A DNA stretch of 64,000 bases from positions 186,001-250,000 of the forward strand of contig CM074820.1 of assembly GCA_037447605.1 (NCBI GenBank). Direction: 5' to 3'. Positions 51,549-64,000 of the stretch are shown here, one piece after another. The notes beneath the pieces are model-generated. The model was not told the DNA's origin and made no database searches. It was given only the letters and a program-made list of their open reading frames with translations. The translations under genes were made by a program, and so were the position numbers. Each line of letters opens with the position of its first letter. Position 1 is the first letter of the stretch. The DNA comes from Zygnema circumcarinatum SAG 698-1b. Taxonomy: Eukaryota; Plantae; Zygnematophyceae.

Positions 51549-53813
51549 TCATGCCCCGGCTTCCGAGACGCGGAACGACTCCAAGACCGTTTTTAAGACG
51601 GTCAAATTTTCCTCCGCTTTTCGCTCGGGCGTCTGCAGGCGCAGCTGGTAGAGGCGGCCGTTGGCCACGCCCAGCGCGACCAGGTACCGCCTGTCCCACT
51701 CCAGCCGGGCCACGCGGTCCTCGGGGAGGATCGCCAGCTGGTTGCTGTTTGCGTACGACCGCACGTTCACCTGCAACCACCCCTCTCTCTCTCACTCTCT
51801 CTCTCTCAGGTCAGGTCAGGTCAGGCACATTCCGTGGGCCATGTTTGCTGTCAAGTTATTAGGTTATTAGTTTTTGGGTCATATTGAAGAATGTTCCACG
51901 TTGCAGTTTTCAGTTTTCAAAACGACAAGTTTCAAGGGTTTCAAGGTTTCAAATCTCGAGTTTTTCAAGTTCCTCGCTGCAGGGTTCATGCTTCAGATTT
52001 CAGGTTTCACATTGCATGTTTCAAGTCCAAGGATTCTTCGCCTTTCCCAAAATCTTAGTCCTAAAACGTCAACCCTAAACCCTAACCCTAAACCCTAAAC
52101 CTTTGCTAGGAAGAAAGCAAGGTTTGTGGCAGACCTGAATGTCATAGTACTCGCGGCCGTCGTCCGCCATTCTCGACCCGAAATCGATAAGCTGCGACTC
52201 GCGCAGCACTCCGAGCCGAGTGGACATGAATTCTGTGATGTACTGTTTCAGGACTTTCTCGCCAGCTTCGGCCGGGGACCCCAAGTCACTCACCGCCTGG
52301 AAACAATGGTGGCAATTTTCATATTCCAATCAGCAAAGAACTCACGTGACAAGGAGTGCAAATGAAAACGGTGGGAGAGGGGGAGGGGGAACCTATCTAA
52401 AGAAAATTTAGCTTAAAACTTATCAAAATAAAGCAAAAAAATCAATTTAGAAGGAAAAATAAACGTTCAAATTTTCTTAAGAATGAAATAAACCCTAAAA
52501 TTAAACTATAAATCCTAAAATTAAACTTAGGGCTTCTGAACTCTCCCACCTTATAGCGCGATGATGATGGCGAACTGATATTGACACTTGCATTTTGATC
52601 CAAAAGGATCGGGTCCCGGAAGAAGCTGTCTGCTCCTGCTCCTTTCACCTGAAGGGCGGCTCCCACCCAGGCACAGACTGCGGCTGAGACCATTCATAAA
52701 CCCTGAACACTGGACTCTGAACCCTAAACCCTAAACCCGAACTCTAAACATAGAACCAACTTCGTATCAACATATGGAGTGGACACTTCCTATCAGTCTT
52801 TAGGTAATATTTAGACCAGCTTAGGATGTCAGCCAAAACCATTCTGAAAAGAAACCCTAAAGGGACCACATTTCATGCACACGTAATACGCCTAAACTAG
52901 AGTGGCATTCTCTCTCTCTCTCACTCTCTCCCTCTCTCCCCGTCTCTCTCTCTCCCTCTCTCTCTCTATACATATATAAATACAGTTCAATTAACATTCA
53001 TCTTCCGTCCATTCCCTGAAATTACCTGGACCCAGTCGTCGGGGAAAAAGAAGGAGTACCCATCAAGCCGGTCCACATATGCACGAAATCCATCCGGCGG
53101 CGAAAGAAAGACCAATGCATGCGCGCAGTCGTTTTCTCCCCCGAAGGGAGAGAGAGAGAGGGACCATGCAAGGCCGCCGGCGGCTGCTTGAAGGACCTCT
53201 CTCCTGCGGCTCCTCCCTGCATCGCTGCTCGCTTCGACGAAAAACGCAAAACATAGAACATAAGAAGCGCTGAACCAGAAACATAGAACATAGAACATAG
53301 AACATAGAACATGGAACAATTTCAGTTCAGACTGATTTTTTTTAAATATAGAAAAATATTGGAACAAAAAAATGTAAAGGAAACATAACAACATAAGGAA
53401 ATTGAGAAGAAATAGAAAAAAAATCTTGGGCTTCCTAGTGTCATGAATGTTTATTCTTTAATCTCCATATGATTTGAATAAAAAGGAGAATTAATAAACG
53501 TAAATTAAAGAAAACACCCTAATTTTATTTTTCTGGCCGATTTTGAGTTTTTGTTTTTGAAAAAAGGGAGGGTTAGCGAAAATTACTCGGCGTGAGAGGG
53601 AGAAGAAGGGGACGATGCTGATGCTTCCACGTGGCGGGTCATCCTACGGCTCTTATTGAGCCTCAAGCCTCGCTGGGATGGCAGAGGAGAGGTGAAGAAG
53701 CAGCCATGGCTCCGGCTCGCGCGAGGAGAGAAGGACACGTGGTGCGCTGAAAGGAGCTCAGGGCGCGCGCTCGCAATGGCAGCCATGGCGGAGGGACGGC
53801 AGGGACACGCCAT
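51549..53813 (-). CDS. PPD1: PsbP domain protein 1 (thylakoid lumen, PSI assembly)
   Basis: Transit peptide with a Tat RRRE motif, then YVDRLDGYSF..P.DWVQVKGAGADSFFRDP, SSPSSSRYK, DLGSP.EAGEKVLKQY.TEFMSTRLGV.RES, RSYAN.NQLA, RLEWDRRYL.ALGV.NGRLYQLRLQTPE. Confidence 0.95.
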
Positions 53814-53851
53814 GTCGCCCTCGTTCCAATGCTGCCCTCTCTCCCGCTTTT

Positions 53852-53912
<61 letters not shown>

Positions 53913-54522
53913 TTAGGGTTCAGGGCAGTGAGGACTGTGGGCTAAGTTTGGGCCCTTAGCCCTAACCGCTAGTTGCTCCCCACGTACAGTTTACATCGGT
54001 CGTACGGCCGTTCTAATAGTGTTTTAAAACTCTGAAGCGTTTAGATATTACCGTAAAACCGGAGAGGTTGAGAAGAAAAAAAGCAATTAAAATTTTTGTC
54101 TTCTCAAAAAAAAAAACCTTATATTTGTGAATACGATTCATTTAGAGAAATGAGAAATGAATTCCTAATTTTTTTTCTCAATAAAATTTTGATGGAAAAC
54201 CAATCGAAAATTAAACATTGAACATTGAACATTGAACACTGAACATTTGATTCTCGTTCGTGTTCAATTTGAGTTGTCCTTGGGTCCACCGATCAACAAA
54301 GACCAATGAGATGTTAGCGGATCGCAATGCGCGTGGACCCGGCTTGCCGTACAGAAATTGTTGGTCGGCTCGCGAGAAGAGTCGTACGAAAAAAATGGAA
54401 TCCGGGTCAACCGAATCCCTCAAATCGCACGGAACCAATGTGGCAAAAATTGGAATCCGCAAGTGCGACTGAACACGTAGAGTCTTTGAACTACTTTCTT
54501 AAAAACATTTCCCTTTCTTAAA

Positions 54523-55774
54523 GGAAAATGATACAGCGGCCCCACTTTTTGGATATCGGCGCCCCCTTTTGGGAAAAAAATGTACTTTTTTTTTTGGCTA
54601 ATCACCCCCCCCCTGGATCTTTCGGGAGGAGAGATCTTGTAGACAATCGGACCCCGCGCCTCGCGCGCAGGATCCGACCGTGCACCGACGTACGGCGCCG
54701 CGCATCGCGGCGTGGCCCGCGAGATGCGGCGAGCCTACGGAAACGTTGTCCTCACCTGACCCGTTTGGGTCAGAGGTTGCCACGTGGCAGTCTGCCATTG
54801 GACAGCCTTGCTGCCGGTCCCCCATGCCGATAAAGTGGTCCCCCATAATATTTTCCACCTTGTACAGTGCGTCCCCAAGAAATTTGCCCCGATTTTGCCG
54901 AAACCACCTTTTTGTACGGTAACTCAATGTTAACGTATTAGGGGTGTTAACCTAACCTGACCTATTCTCCAATACAAAATCTGTTAATCGAAACGGATTT
55001 CAAAACGGATTTCAAACATGGGTCACGCTTTTACGCTGTACGGTATATACGAATAAAATCTCTGAGTACGATATACGTATGGCACCAATAGGAGCTCGTG
55101 TATCTAAATCACGGTACGATACGATACGATACGATACATACGAACAGACATGAACTCTAACATAATACCGCTCGCCTATTGGTAACACGGACCTTATATT
55201 TGCAAATTACAATATTTTCGGGAGAACTATATACCGCCCCCCTTTTTTGGTTATCCCGCCACTGTTTTTTTTGAAATCCGACCCTCCCATTTCGGCTATT
55301 CTGCCCCCTGTTTTGAAATATCCCGCCCCCCCCCCCATTTTGGATATTCCCCCCCGTTTTCTCCTTCTCACACATCAGCGCAACGTTCGAGAGAGAGAGC
55401 AAAGGAGAGAAAGAGAGTGAGCAGAGGAGTGAAAGCAAAGGAGAGAGAGACTAGAGTAGAGAGCACAGGAGAGAGCAAAGGTGAGAGAAGAGAGAGGGAG
55501 CAAAGGAGCGAGAGCCGAGGGGAGAGAGTATAGAGGAGAGAGAAAGAGCAAAGGAGTGAGAGTAGGGGAGAGAGAGACTAGAGGAGAGAGCAAAGGAGAG
55601 AGAGAGAGTGAGTAGAGGAGTGAGNNNNNNNNNNGCAAAGGAGAGAGAGACTAGAGGAGAGAGCACAGGAGAGAGAGACTAGAGGAGAGAGCACAGGAGA
55701 GAGCAAAGGAGAGAGAGAGAATGAGCAGAGGAGAGAGAGTAGAGGAGAAAAAGACTAGAGGAGAGAGAGCAGAG

Positions 55775-55809
<35 letters not shown>

Positions 55810-56408
55810 CAAAAGAGCGAGAGCCGAGGAGAGAGAGTATAGAGGAGAGAGCAAAGGAGAGAGAAGAGAGAGAGAGAGCAAAGGAGCGAGAGCCGAGGAG
55901 AGAGAGTATAAAGGAGAGAGCAAAGGAGCGAGAGAGAGTGAGTAGAGGAGTGAGAGCAAAGGAGAGAGAGACTAGAGGACAACAGACAGATTTTACAATC
56001 CACGTGTCCTTCTTGGAAAACGTCGCCCTGATCTCGAAAGGGCAATTTTTCAAGCGGATGGAAGTATTCCTCTTCTTACTACTCTCTTCCAGACCTCTGT
56101 CCTCGTAGGTCCCCCCGCTATAGCATTGTAGGTACAGTCGGCGGCTATCGCTATGCTTGCCGATCTTGATGTGAAATCCTTCCTGCTTGTAGTGCTTAGT
56201 CAAGACACGTACAAGCTCATCGCGAGTCTTATACTCAGTCATTTGTGTGGAGATTGCAAACCGAGAGGAAGAAAGGAAGGGAGGGNNNNNNNNNNCTCTC
56301 CTCCCGAAAGATCCAAGGGGGGGGGGTGATTAGCCAAAAAAAAAAAGTACATTTTTTCCCAAAAGGGGGCGCCGATATCCAAAAGGTGGGGCCGCTGTAT
56401 CATTTTCC
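54523..56408. mobile_element. MULE-like element with ~110-bp TIRs and 8-bp TSD, containing a transposase fragment
   Basis: ggaaaatgatacagcggcccca... / ...tggggccgctgtatcattttcc. TSD TTCTTAAA at 54515-54522 and 56409-56416. Confidence 0.85.
55980..56242 (-). pseudogene. MULE transposase N-terminal FAR1-like (WRKY-GCM1 zinc finger) fragment, truncated by a GA-rich minisatellite
   Basis: YKQEGFHIKI...RLYLQCYSGG...RNTSIRLKNCPFEIRATFSKKDTWIVKSV. The downstream His ligands and the DDE domain are absent. Confidence 0.75.
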
Positions 56409-57087
56409 TTCTTAAATCGAAAAACTTTCGACCTCGAGTGTTCAAAGTCCAACCCTATTAAGAAGAAGAAGAAGAAGAAGTGAGAAATTAAGTAAACTCG
56501 TTTCTTAATTTCTCAACCTGTTCAGTTTTCACTTCGATAACTCAGGGTTCTCTGAGAGGGAGCGCCTCATTTTTGACCCCACAAAAGTCCAAAACCCAAA
56601 CCACCAGAAGTCATCCACAAAATGTCTCCGCATGCATTGAAAAACTGCTTACCATAGAGTTATGTGCTCAGTATAATTGTAAAGTACACACCACCGAAGG
56701 AGCCTACATAGTGGAGACTTTTGGAAAGAGATATCTTTTTCCAGTCCAAAAAAAACAAGACTACGAACATCACTTGCCTTGAAGAACACGCCATGACATA
56801 AAGGCAGACGTTGTCACAAAATGACGGACATAGATCTCAAAAATGACTTCAGCCCACGTTGAACTAATGCTCATATAGATTTTTGGCTGGCTATATCTTC
56901 CTTTAGGAGAGCACTTTACAATGACTCTTTCGGTAACCTTTTCTTTCCTGCGTTGACTTATCGACAGAGGACTGCACTTCACACAAAAACCTTCACTTCG
57001 TCGTACCTCCACGTCAAACGCGAGATGCTGAGAATCGACAAACTCAGAGACCTTCTTTCTCTTGCTCTCGCCCTCTTACTCTCCTCC

Positions 57088-58505
<1,418 letters not shown>

Positions 58506-58765
58506 CGCTCTCTCTTTCACTCTTTCTCTTTAGAGACCCAAATTGCTCCTCGCTTCAACTAAATGACCTCACATGCTTCATATCCGACCACACGACCTCC
58601 CAAGCCTCCCCTCTTCCCCCCCTTTCCTCCCGTCTCCGTTCCCTCCATACTATACCTACACGCCTCTCCACCTCCTGCCCCAGTTAATCTTTAACTAGAG
58701 AACGCCCTCGAAACCATTGTGCAAAACGCACGGCCTTCTCTCTTTCTCTCTCTCTCCCACTCGGC

Positions 58766-61700
58766 CTACCCATCCCAGCCTGTTCCGGGAGGCACTTCCT
58801 GCCTTTGAGGAACAGTTGCCTGCTGGTGAACGGGTGTACGGCTCCCCCATACAGGGGTCCCATTTGCCACTCCTTGCCCTCCTCCATGGTAGGGAGAGGC
58901 TCTCGCAGCCATAGGAGTCTGTACGGGAGTGCGACTGGGAGTAGGAGCAGTAGGAGTAGCCCACCCTCCCTTCGCGCCTCCCGCATTGCTACCTCCTCCT
59001 CCCCACTGCCCCCCCCACCCACTCCCTCCATCGTCTCGGCCCCACCCTCCCCCTCCCGCTTCCTCTCCCCCCGACCCTCCCTTCTTCCCTTGAGCCCAAC
59101 CTTGACCCCAACCCCCACCACTTCCACTCCCACCCTTGTCCTTGTCGTGACCCCAACCTCCGCCTCCTCCACCTCCACTCCCTCCCCATCCTCCAGTCTC
59201 TTTCTCCTGATCCCAACCTCCTTCCCACCCTCCTCCTCCTCCTCCGCCTCCTCCTCCTCCTCCCCCTCCTCCTCCCCATCCTCCTCCTCCCCCTCCCCTC
59301 CCTCCTCTCCCATTTTCGCTTTCTTGCCCTCTCCCTCGACCTTGATTCCACCCCCCACTGCTCCCGGCAGCCACTCCTGTTCCGCCACCTGTCCACCTAT
59401 TATCGAGAGGAGTAGTAGGGTTGGCGGGTCCCCACCCTCCTGCACTAACGGGAGTAGCAACAGTCCCTGTGTTGTGTTCATAGCCACCTCCTCCGTTCCA
59501 ACCACTCCCTCCCAAAAACCCACTTGTTGCAGGGCTACGAGGGGCAACCATGGCTGCTACTGCTCTTCTAGGAGCTTCTGGAATGGGGTCCATTATATGA
59601 GCTTGAAAGTAATGTACTAACTTGTCGGGACTTGGGAAATTTTTCTTCCGATATCGGAAACCTTTAGGATTAACTGTTATGTATTCGTGTATTGGGCTGC
59701 TTGAACGGATGTAAGCAAGCAAGAAGGCTCCCGCATGCTCGTATGAGACTCCCACATAGTACGGAATTCGGGAGGGATTGTCCATCTTTTCCTGTCGCAA
59801 AGCATCGTCGAGTTCTTCCTTTGTTCCACGTCGAAATTTGCGGTAATTCACCATTTCCCGCAAGTGGTTTACAAGCGGATCGACATACCTCGCTACCACC
59901 TATACACCACCCTCTCCCTCCAGTTGTTTCTATTTCATCACCTTAATAACATAGGTCAAAGGCAGATCAAACAGTAGTCTCCACTAGAGAGCGACACTAA
60001 CAACTTTCAAATCATGAGATCTTTCCTATCGACTTCCTTGGCTCAACTCAAGAGAAAGGAATTCAATGGATACAACCACAAAGTTGAAAAGAACCCACGA
60101 TCAATTCCGGCACGAATAGACATCGACTTAAAAGTTTGTTTAGAAGCTCAGCATTGAGACTCACCTCATCAAGGTCTTCATAGGTCTCATCTGCAATCGT
60201 GAGTGTCTTCCCAAGTCGCAAAAAACTGGTCACATCTCTCCGATCCTTCCCTCCTTCTACTATGTCGATGTGCGTATATATCCCATCATAGAATTTGAGG
60301 GTGAGAGAGAGATTAGTGGGACCCTTGCTACTTGGTCGCAATATCACGTCGCCGATCTCCTTCAACTCGAGTTGCTGCCCCCCCAAAAGTGGAAACAAAC
60401 CCACCATCAAATAGTGAGCAATTGAAGTCAGCTCCTAAGAAATAAGTGAGGGACAGAAAAACAGGGAAGGGGGAGGGAGGGGGGCGAGAGAGAGAGAAAG
60501 AGAGAGTGGAGGTGAACAAAGGCGAGAGCATCACTCAACTTAGGGAAAACTACAGCAGGTAACAAGCTCAATTTCATTGAAACCTGGTGGAAATCTGAAC
60601 TCTTATTAAACCTTTCCTTCAGCTTGCCACTGTTACATGAAACCGCAATACTGCCACATCCTCTCACGTCACGTCACGTCACGTCACGTTACTCCTCTCC
60701 CCCTCCCCCTCCCCCTCCCCCTCCCNNNNNNNNNNCCTCGCCCTCTCCCTCTCCTTCCCCAACCCTTTCCCAACTGAACGAATGAACAAATTGAACTGAG
60801 CCCACATGTGTACCTGAGTAGCTTCCAACACGGAGATATTTTGGAAGAGTGGAAATTTGATTCCGCGGGGCTGGAAAGCCTTTTTCTGCCTCTCTTTCAC
60901 CTCCGCTGCTTTCTTTTTTGCTCTCAAAGAAGCTGAAGCCATGCTGTCCCACTCTCTCGAATAGTATTCATCCCATTCCCTTCTCCCGAGCCAATTTTCA
61001 CTCCTAAGGTCTGAGCCTCTGCAGGTCAGCTCTACCTGCAACAAGAAAAGGCATCAAACTTTCAGCTTATATAATTTGTAATCTTATATCATCTCTATAG
61101 TCTTATATCGTTTTGAAAGTAATATTAACATCATTCTAACGGCTTGAAGTTTCGGGATATTCAGGTCTAAAGACTTTTCAAAGTTCACAAGGTTCTGTTT
61201 TTTTTCTCACCTGGTATTCTGCCGGTTTGATTTCCTTCACTCTGCATATAACAACGCTTCCTTCCTCCAAAAGAGACATGGGATCAACATCCTGACTATC
61301 ACTAATATCGTTTTTATCTATCATCCCAGAAAGCCCAGATTCCATAGTACAGAAAACTCGTGAAGTTTGGAGTCTCCGTACTGTGGCTTGGACTATCCTA
61401 CCCACTGCTAAAGTTTCCTTAGACTCTCCACTCAGCATATAGAACTCTTCCTCCTCATTCGGCTGCTTATATGGCTCCCTCCACTCCCTATATCCAGCCA
61501 TCAGCTCTCTCTTAATGTGGAGGAGGACCGGATACTCACTACCCAGCCCTCTCTCCTGCATCTCTCTCGCATATCCACTCAAATCCAACCCATGAATTAT
61601 GTTTGGATTGTCTCGAATTTCAGAGATCACATCCAACTCTCTGCTCTCTACCTCCTCCGGCCTCATCCTCTCACTATCGCAGTATGCTTCAAGGGCCATT

Positions 61701-64000
61701 TTTTGGGCAAGTTCATAAGTTTCCGGGTGTATTCTAGTATCATCCAAAGGGTCATCTTGGCCTCTAACCCTGATTGCAGAAGCTGCATTTACAAATACAG
61801 TTTTCCCTACCCACCCATTATCAATTAAATCCCTTCGTTTGTGAAGAAGCCCTTCCCCCCTTATTCTCCTCTGCAAAAGACTCGCCTTTCTTGGTCCCAA
61901 CCCACATACAAACTGTAGAGGGGAAAATAGCCACTCATGTTGCGCAGCCATGTTAACGTCAATACCCACTTGATTTGTAACAGTCATCATTACTCGCTCT
62001 ATGGCATCATATCGCTCATCTTCTGAAAGGAGATCTTGAAGAGGATGGAGTTTAGCAGATAGAATTTCACGGTTATGTCCACATAGAGAGGCTACCATAG
62101 CCAACCGGTTTTGCATCATTCTTCCGAGAGCAACAGCTCTCCGAACAATTCCTGCAGGAATAAGCATTGTCAGAAGTTAATGCATTTTTTTCTTAGATTT
62201 TGCAATGTAGGAATGTGAGAAACGAGAATCTTTTGTGCTAACGACCATGAAAGAGAGTAAAGCAACATCCTACAAACATGCAGACTGATTGCTGAAGCCA
62301 ACTAGACTGAACTGAACTGAACTGAACTGAACTGAACTGAACTGAACTGAACTGAAAACTAAAGTGTGCGCCTGTTCGTTTGCAGCATTTAACAACCCAA
62401 AATTGCCACAAGAGCTTCAATAATAATAACTTACAGACATAAAGGCTTAAAACATGAACACAAAGGCTTAAATCATCAAAGGCTTAAAACTTCAACATAA
62501 AAGGCTGGAGACTTAAACATAGAGGCTTAAAAAAAAAATACAAAGGCTTAAAACTTGAAAAACATAAAGCCTCAAAACTTTAAAGGTTCAGAAAACACGG
62601 TATACATGGACAAGCAACTTTCTACTGTGAAGAGATATAACTGACCTGGTTGCCCCGGCAGCTGCTCCAAAGAGATAGCGCTATTCTCATAGAGCTGAGC
62701 AATAGCTTCATCCTCATAGCAGACATCCAAACATTCCACCTCCCTTGCCATCATCTTCGGATGATCGTCTTGAAGCTTCCATATCGCCTGTCCAAAAGCG
62801 AGTGTAAAAAAAAAAAAATACGAACAAACAAAAGTAGAAAGAAATGATGTGAGGGAGAGACACGTGCATGCTCGAAAGTTTCGAGTAGCTTGAGAAGATT
62901 TTAAAGAAACAAAAACAAAAGAAAAAAAGGGTGCGATTACAACACCGAGAATTAAGAAACCCCACTCTTTTTTTTCTATTTTTTTTTTGTTTTCTTCTTT
63001 TTCCTCACCTCAAAGAGCTCATCTTTGAGCCTCCGGCAGTTCAAATTGGCACCTCCCAAAACCACCACATGGGGTTTCTGATCGAGCATAAACTCTCGCA
63101 ACCTTTCCACATCATTTTCTTTTCTTTTTTGCTGCTCTTGAGATAGCCCCTTCAAAGTAAGAAATCCCGTATGAATATAGTCGCCAATTTCCCCACTTGG
63201 ACTCAACATTACTAAAGTTGTAGCCGGATCACCGGGACCCCAACAACAGGCCATTACTCTAAGCCAAGGTGAGCCATCATGTGATTCCAAAAAGCTCGGT
63301 TTTACTTGCAATGCATAGGGAGCTATAGATACTTTTTTCCATAGAGAGGCTGCATATTGGTCTGTGAGAAATTGTCGAGCTCGAGCAGAGAGAGTGCTTC
63401 TCATTTCCCTCCCTAAGAATGGGAGCAAACGGTTAAGAAGGGCCCCCCTAAGAATTTGTTTCCTTAGCTGATTCCAAAGCTGCGCTGTGAGGCTCACTCC
63501 ATCGCTCAAATATGCACTTTCAAAATCCTGCAAAAGCATATATAGGGGGCATTGAGATTCCTTCTGTTAAAGCGAGAGAGATATTGACAAAGGGAGAGCA
63601 GCGGGGGAGGGAGAGAAGGGGAGTATGATGAGTCTAAGAATGTTTCGGAATCGAAGTTATGGATTTCATGTAGACTTCATTAAAAAAGAAAGCTGCACAA
63701 GATAAATTGTATCTTAGACTATGACAGCACTGTAAATACGCAATATAGTACCCTAAATCTCGGTTCTTTTTACAAGAAAAACCCAGTAACGATGACCAAA
63801 CCTATGAAAGAGTATTCCTAGCGTTGGCCCACCTGAAAAAGGCTTGAAATAGCATCTTCCGGAAGCTCCAACTTCACCTCTAACAAGCCCTCCTCCTCTG
63901 CCTTAACAATTAGCAGCCACTGCTCATCGTTAAAGGTATGAACCGGCTTATTTCGAAGCCATTTAACTCCCGAATATCTGTGGAAACTGTCAATGGCATC
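58766..64000 (-). CDS. SPT6L: Transcription elongation factor SPT6-like with C-terminal WG/GW tail; 5' part lies off the right edge
   Basis: VKWLRNKP..F.DEQWLLI.KAEEEGLL, YqgF region RVMACCWGPGDPATT, HhH region LQFVCGLGPRKA, DPLDDTRIHPETY, S1 domain, SH2 region ILRPSSKGP..LSLTLKFYDG, then a G/W-rich tail. A further short exon 57027-56979 is possible if GG|GTAGGC is used as a donor. Confidence 0.96.

Noticed and set aside
58684-59620. Alternative-frame and antisense ORFs over the SPT6L tail
   Set aside because: They are by-products of the G-rich coding sequence.

Overview
Eukaryotic, intron-rich nuclear DNA with green-plant-type genes. It has GA/CT-microsatellite-filled introns, degenerate TTTAGGG repeats and eight 10-N scaffold gaps. 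The gene set and architecture suggest a streptophyte alga (e.g. Zygnematophyceae); this is inference, not proven. I reconstructed 13 protein-coding genes by hand from splice sites and reading frame: plastid LPAT1 (partial), SEC13, a DHHC-type S-acyltransferase whose catalytic exon is absent from the assembly, RECQL3, EMC7, a small thylakoid membrane protein, a PH-like-domain protein, a MAPR/cytochrome-b5-like protein, a DUF760 protein, cyclin C, an ABF/AREB/ABI5 bZIP, PPD1 and SPT6L (partial). Several non-autonomous DNA transposons have identifiable TIRs and target-site duplications: MULE-like, hAT-like, a TA-flanked MITE family, and a CACAG-terminated, P-superfamily-like element with palindromic subterminal arrays. 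The most notable observations are 4-nt and 8-nt microexons and a SecA-like Walker A in RECQL3, a U12 intron in EMC7, G-box/ABRE clusters inside first exons and introns and in the ABF promoter, and the missing DHHC exon at an inverted telomere-like repeat junction. Most ORF-track entries are microsatellite artefacts. No rRNA, tRNA or CRISPR array was seen.
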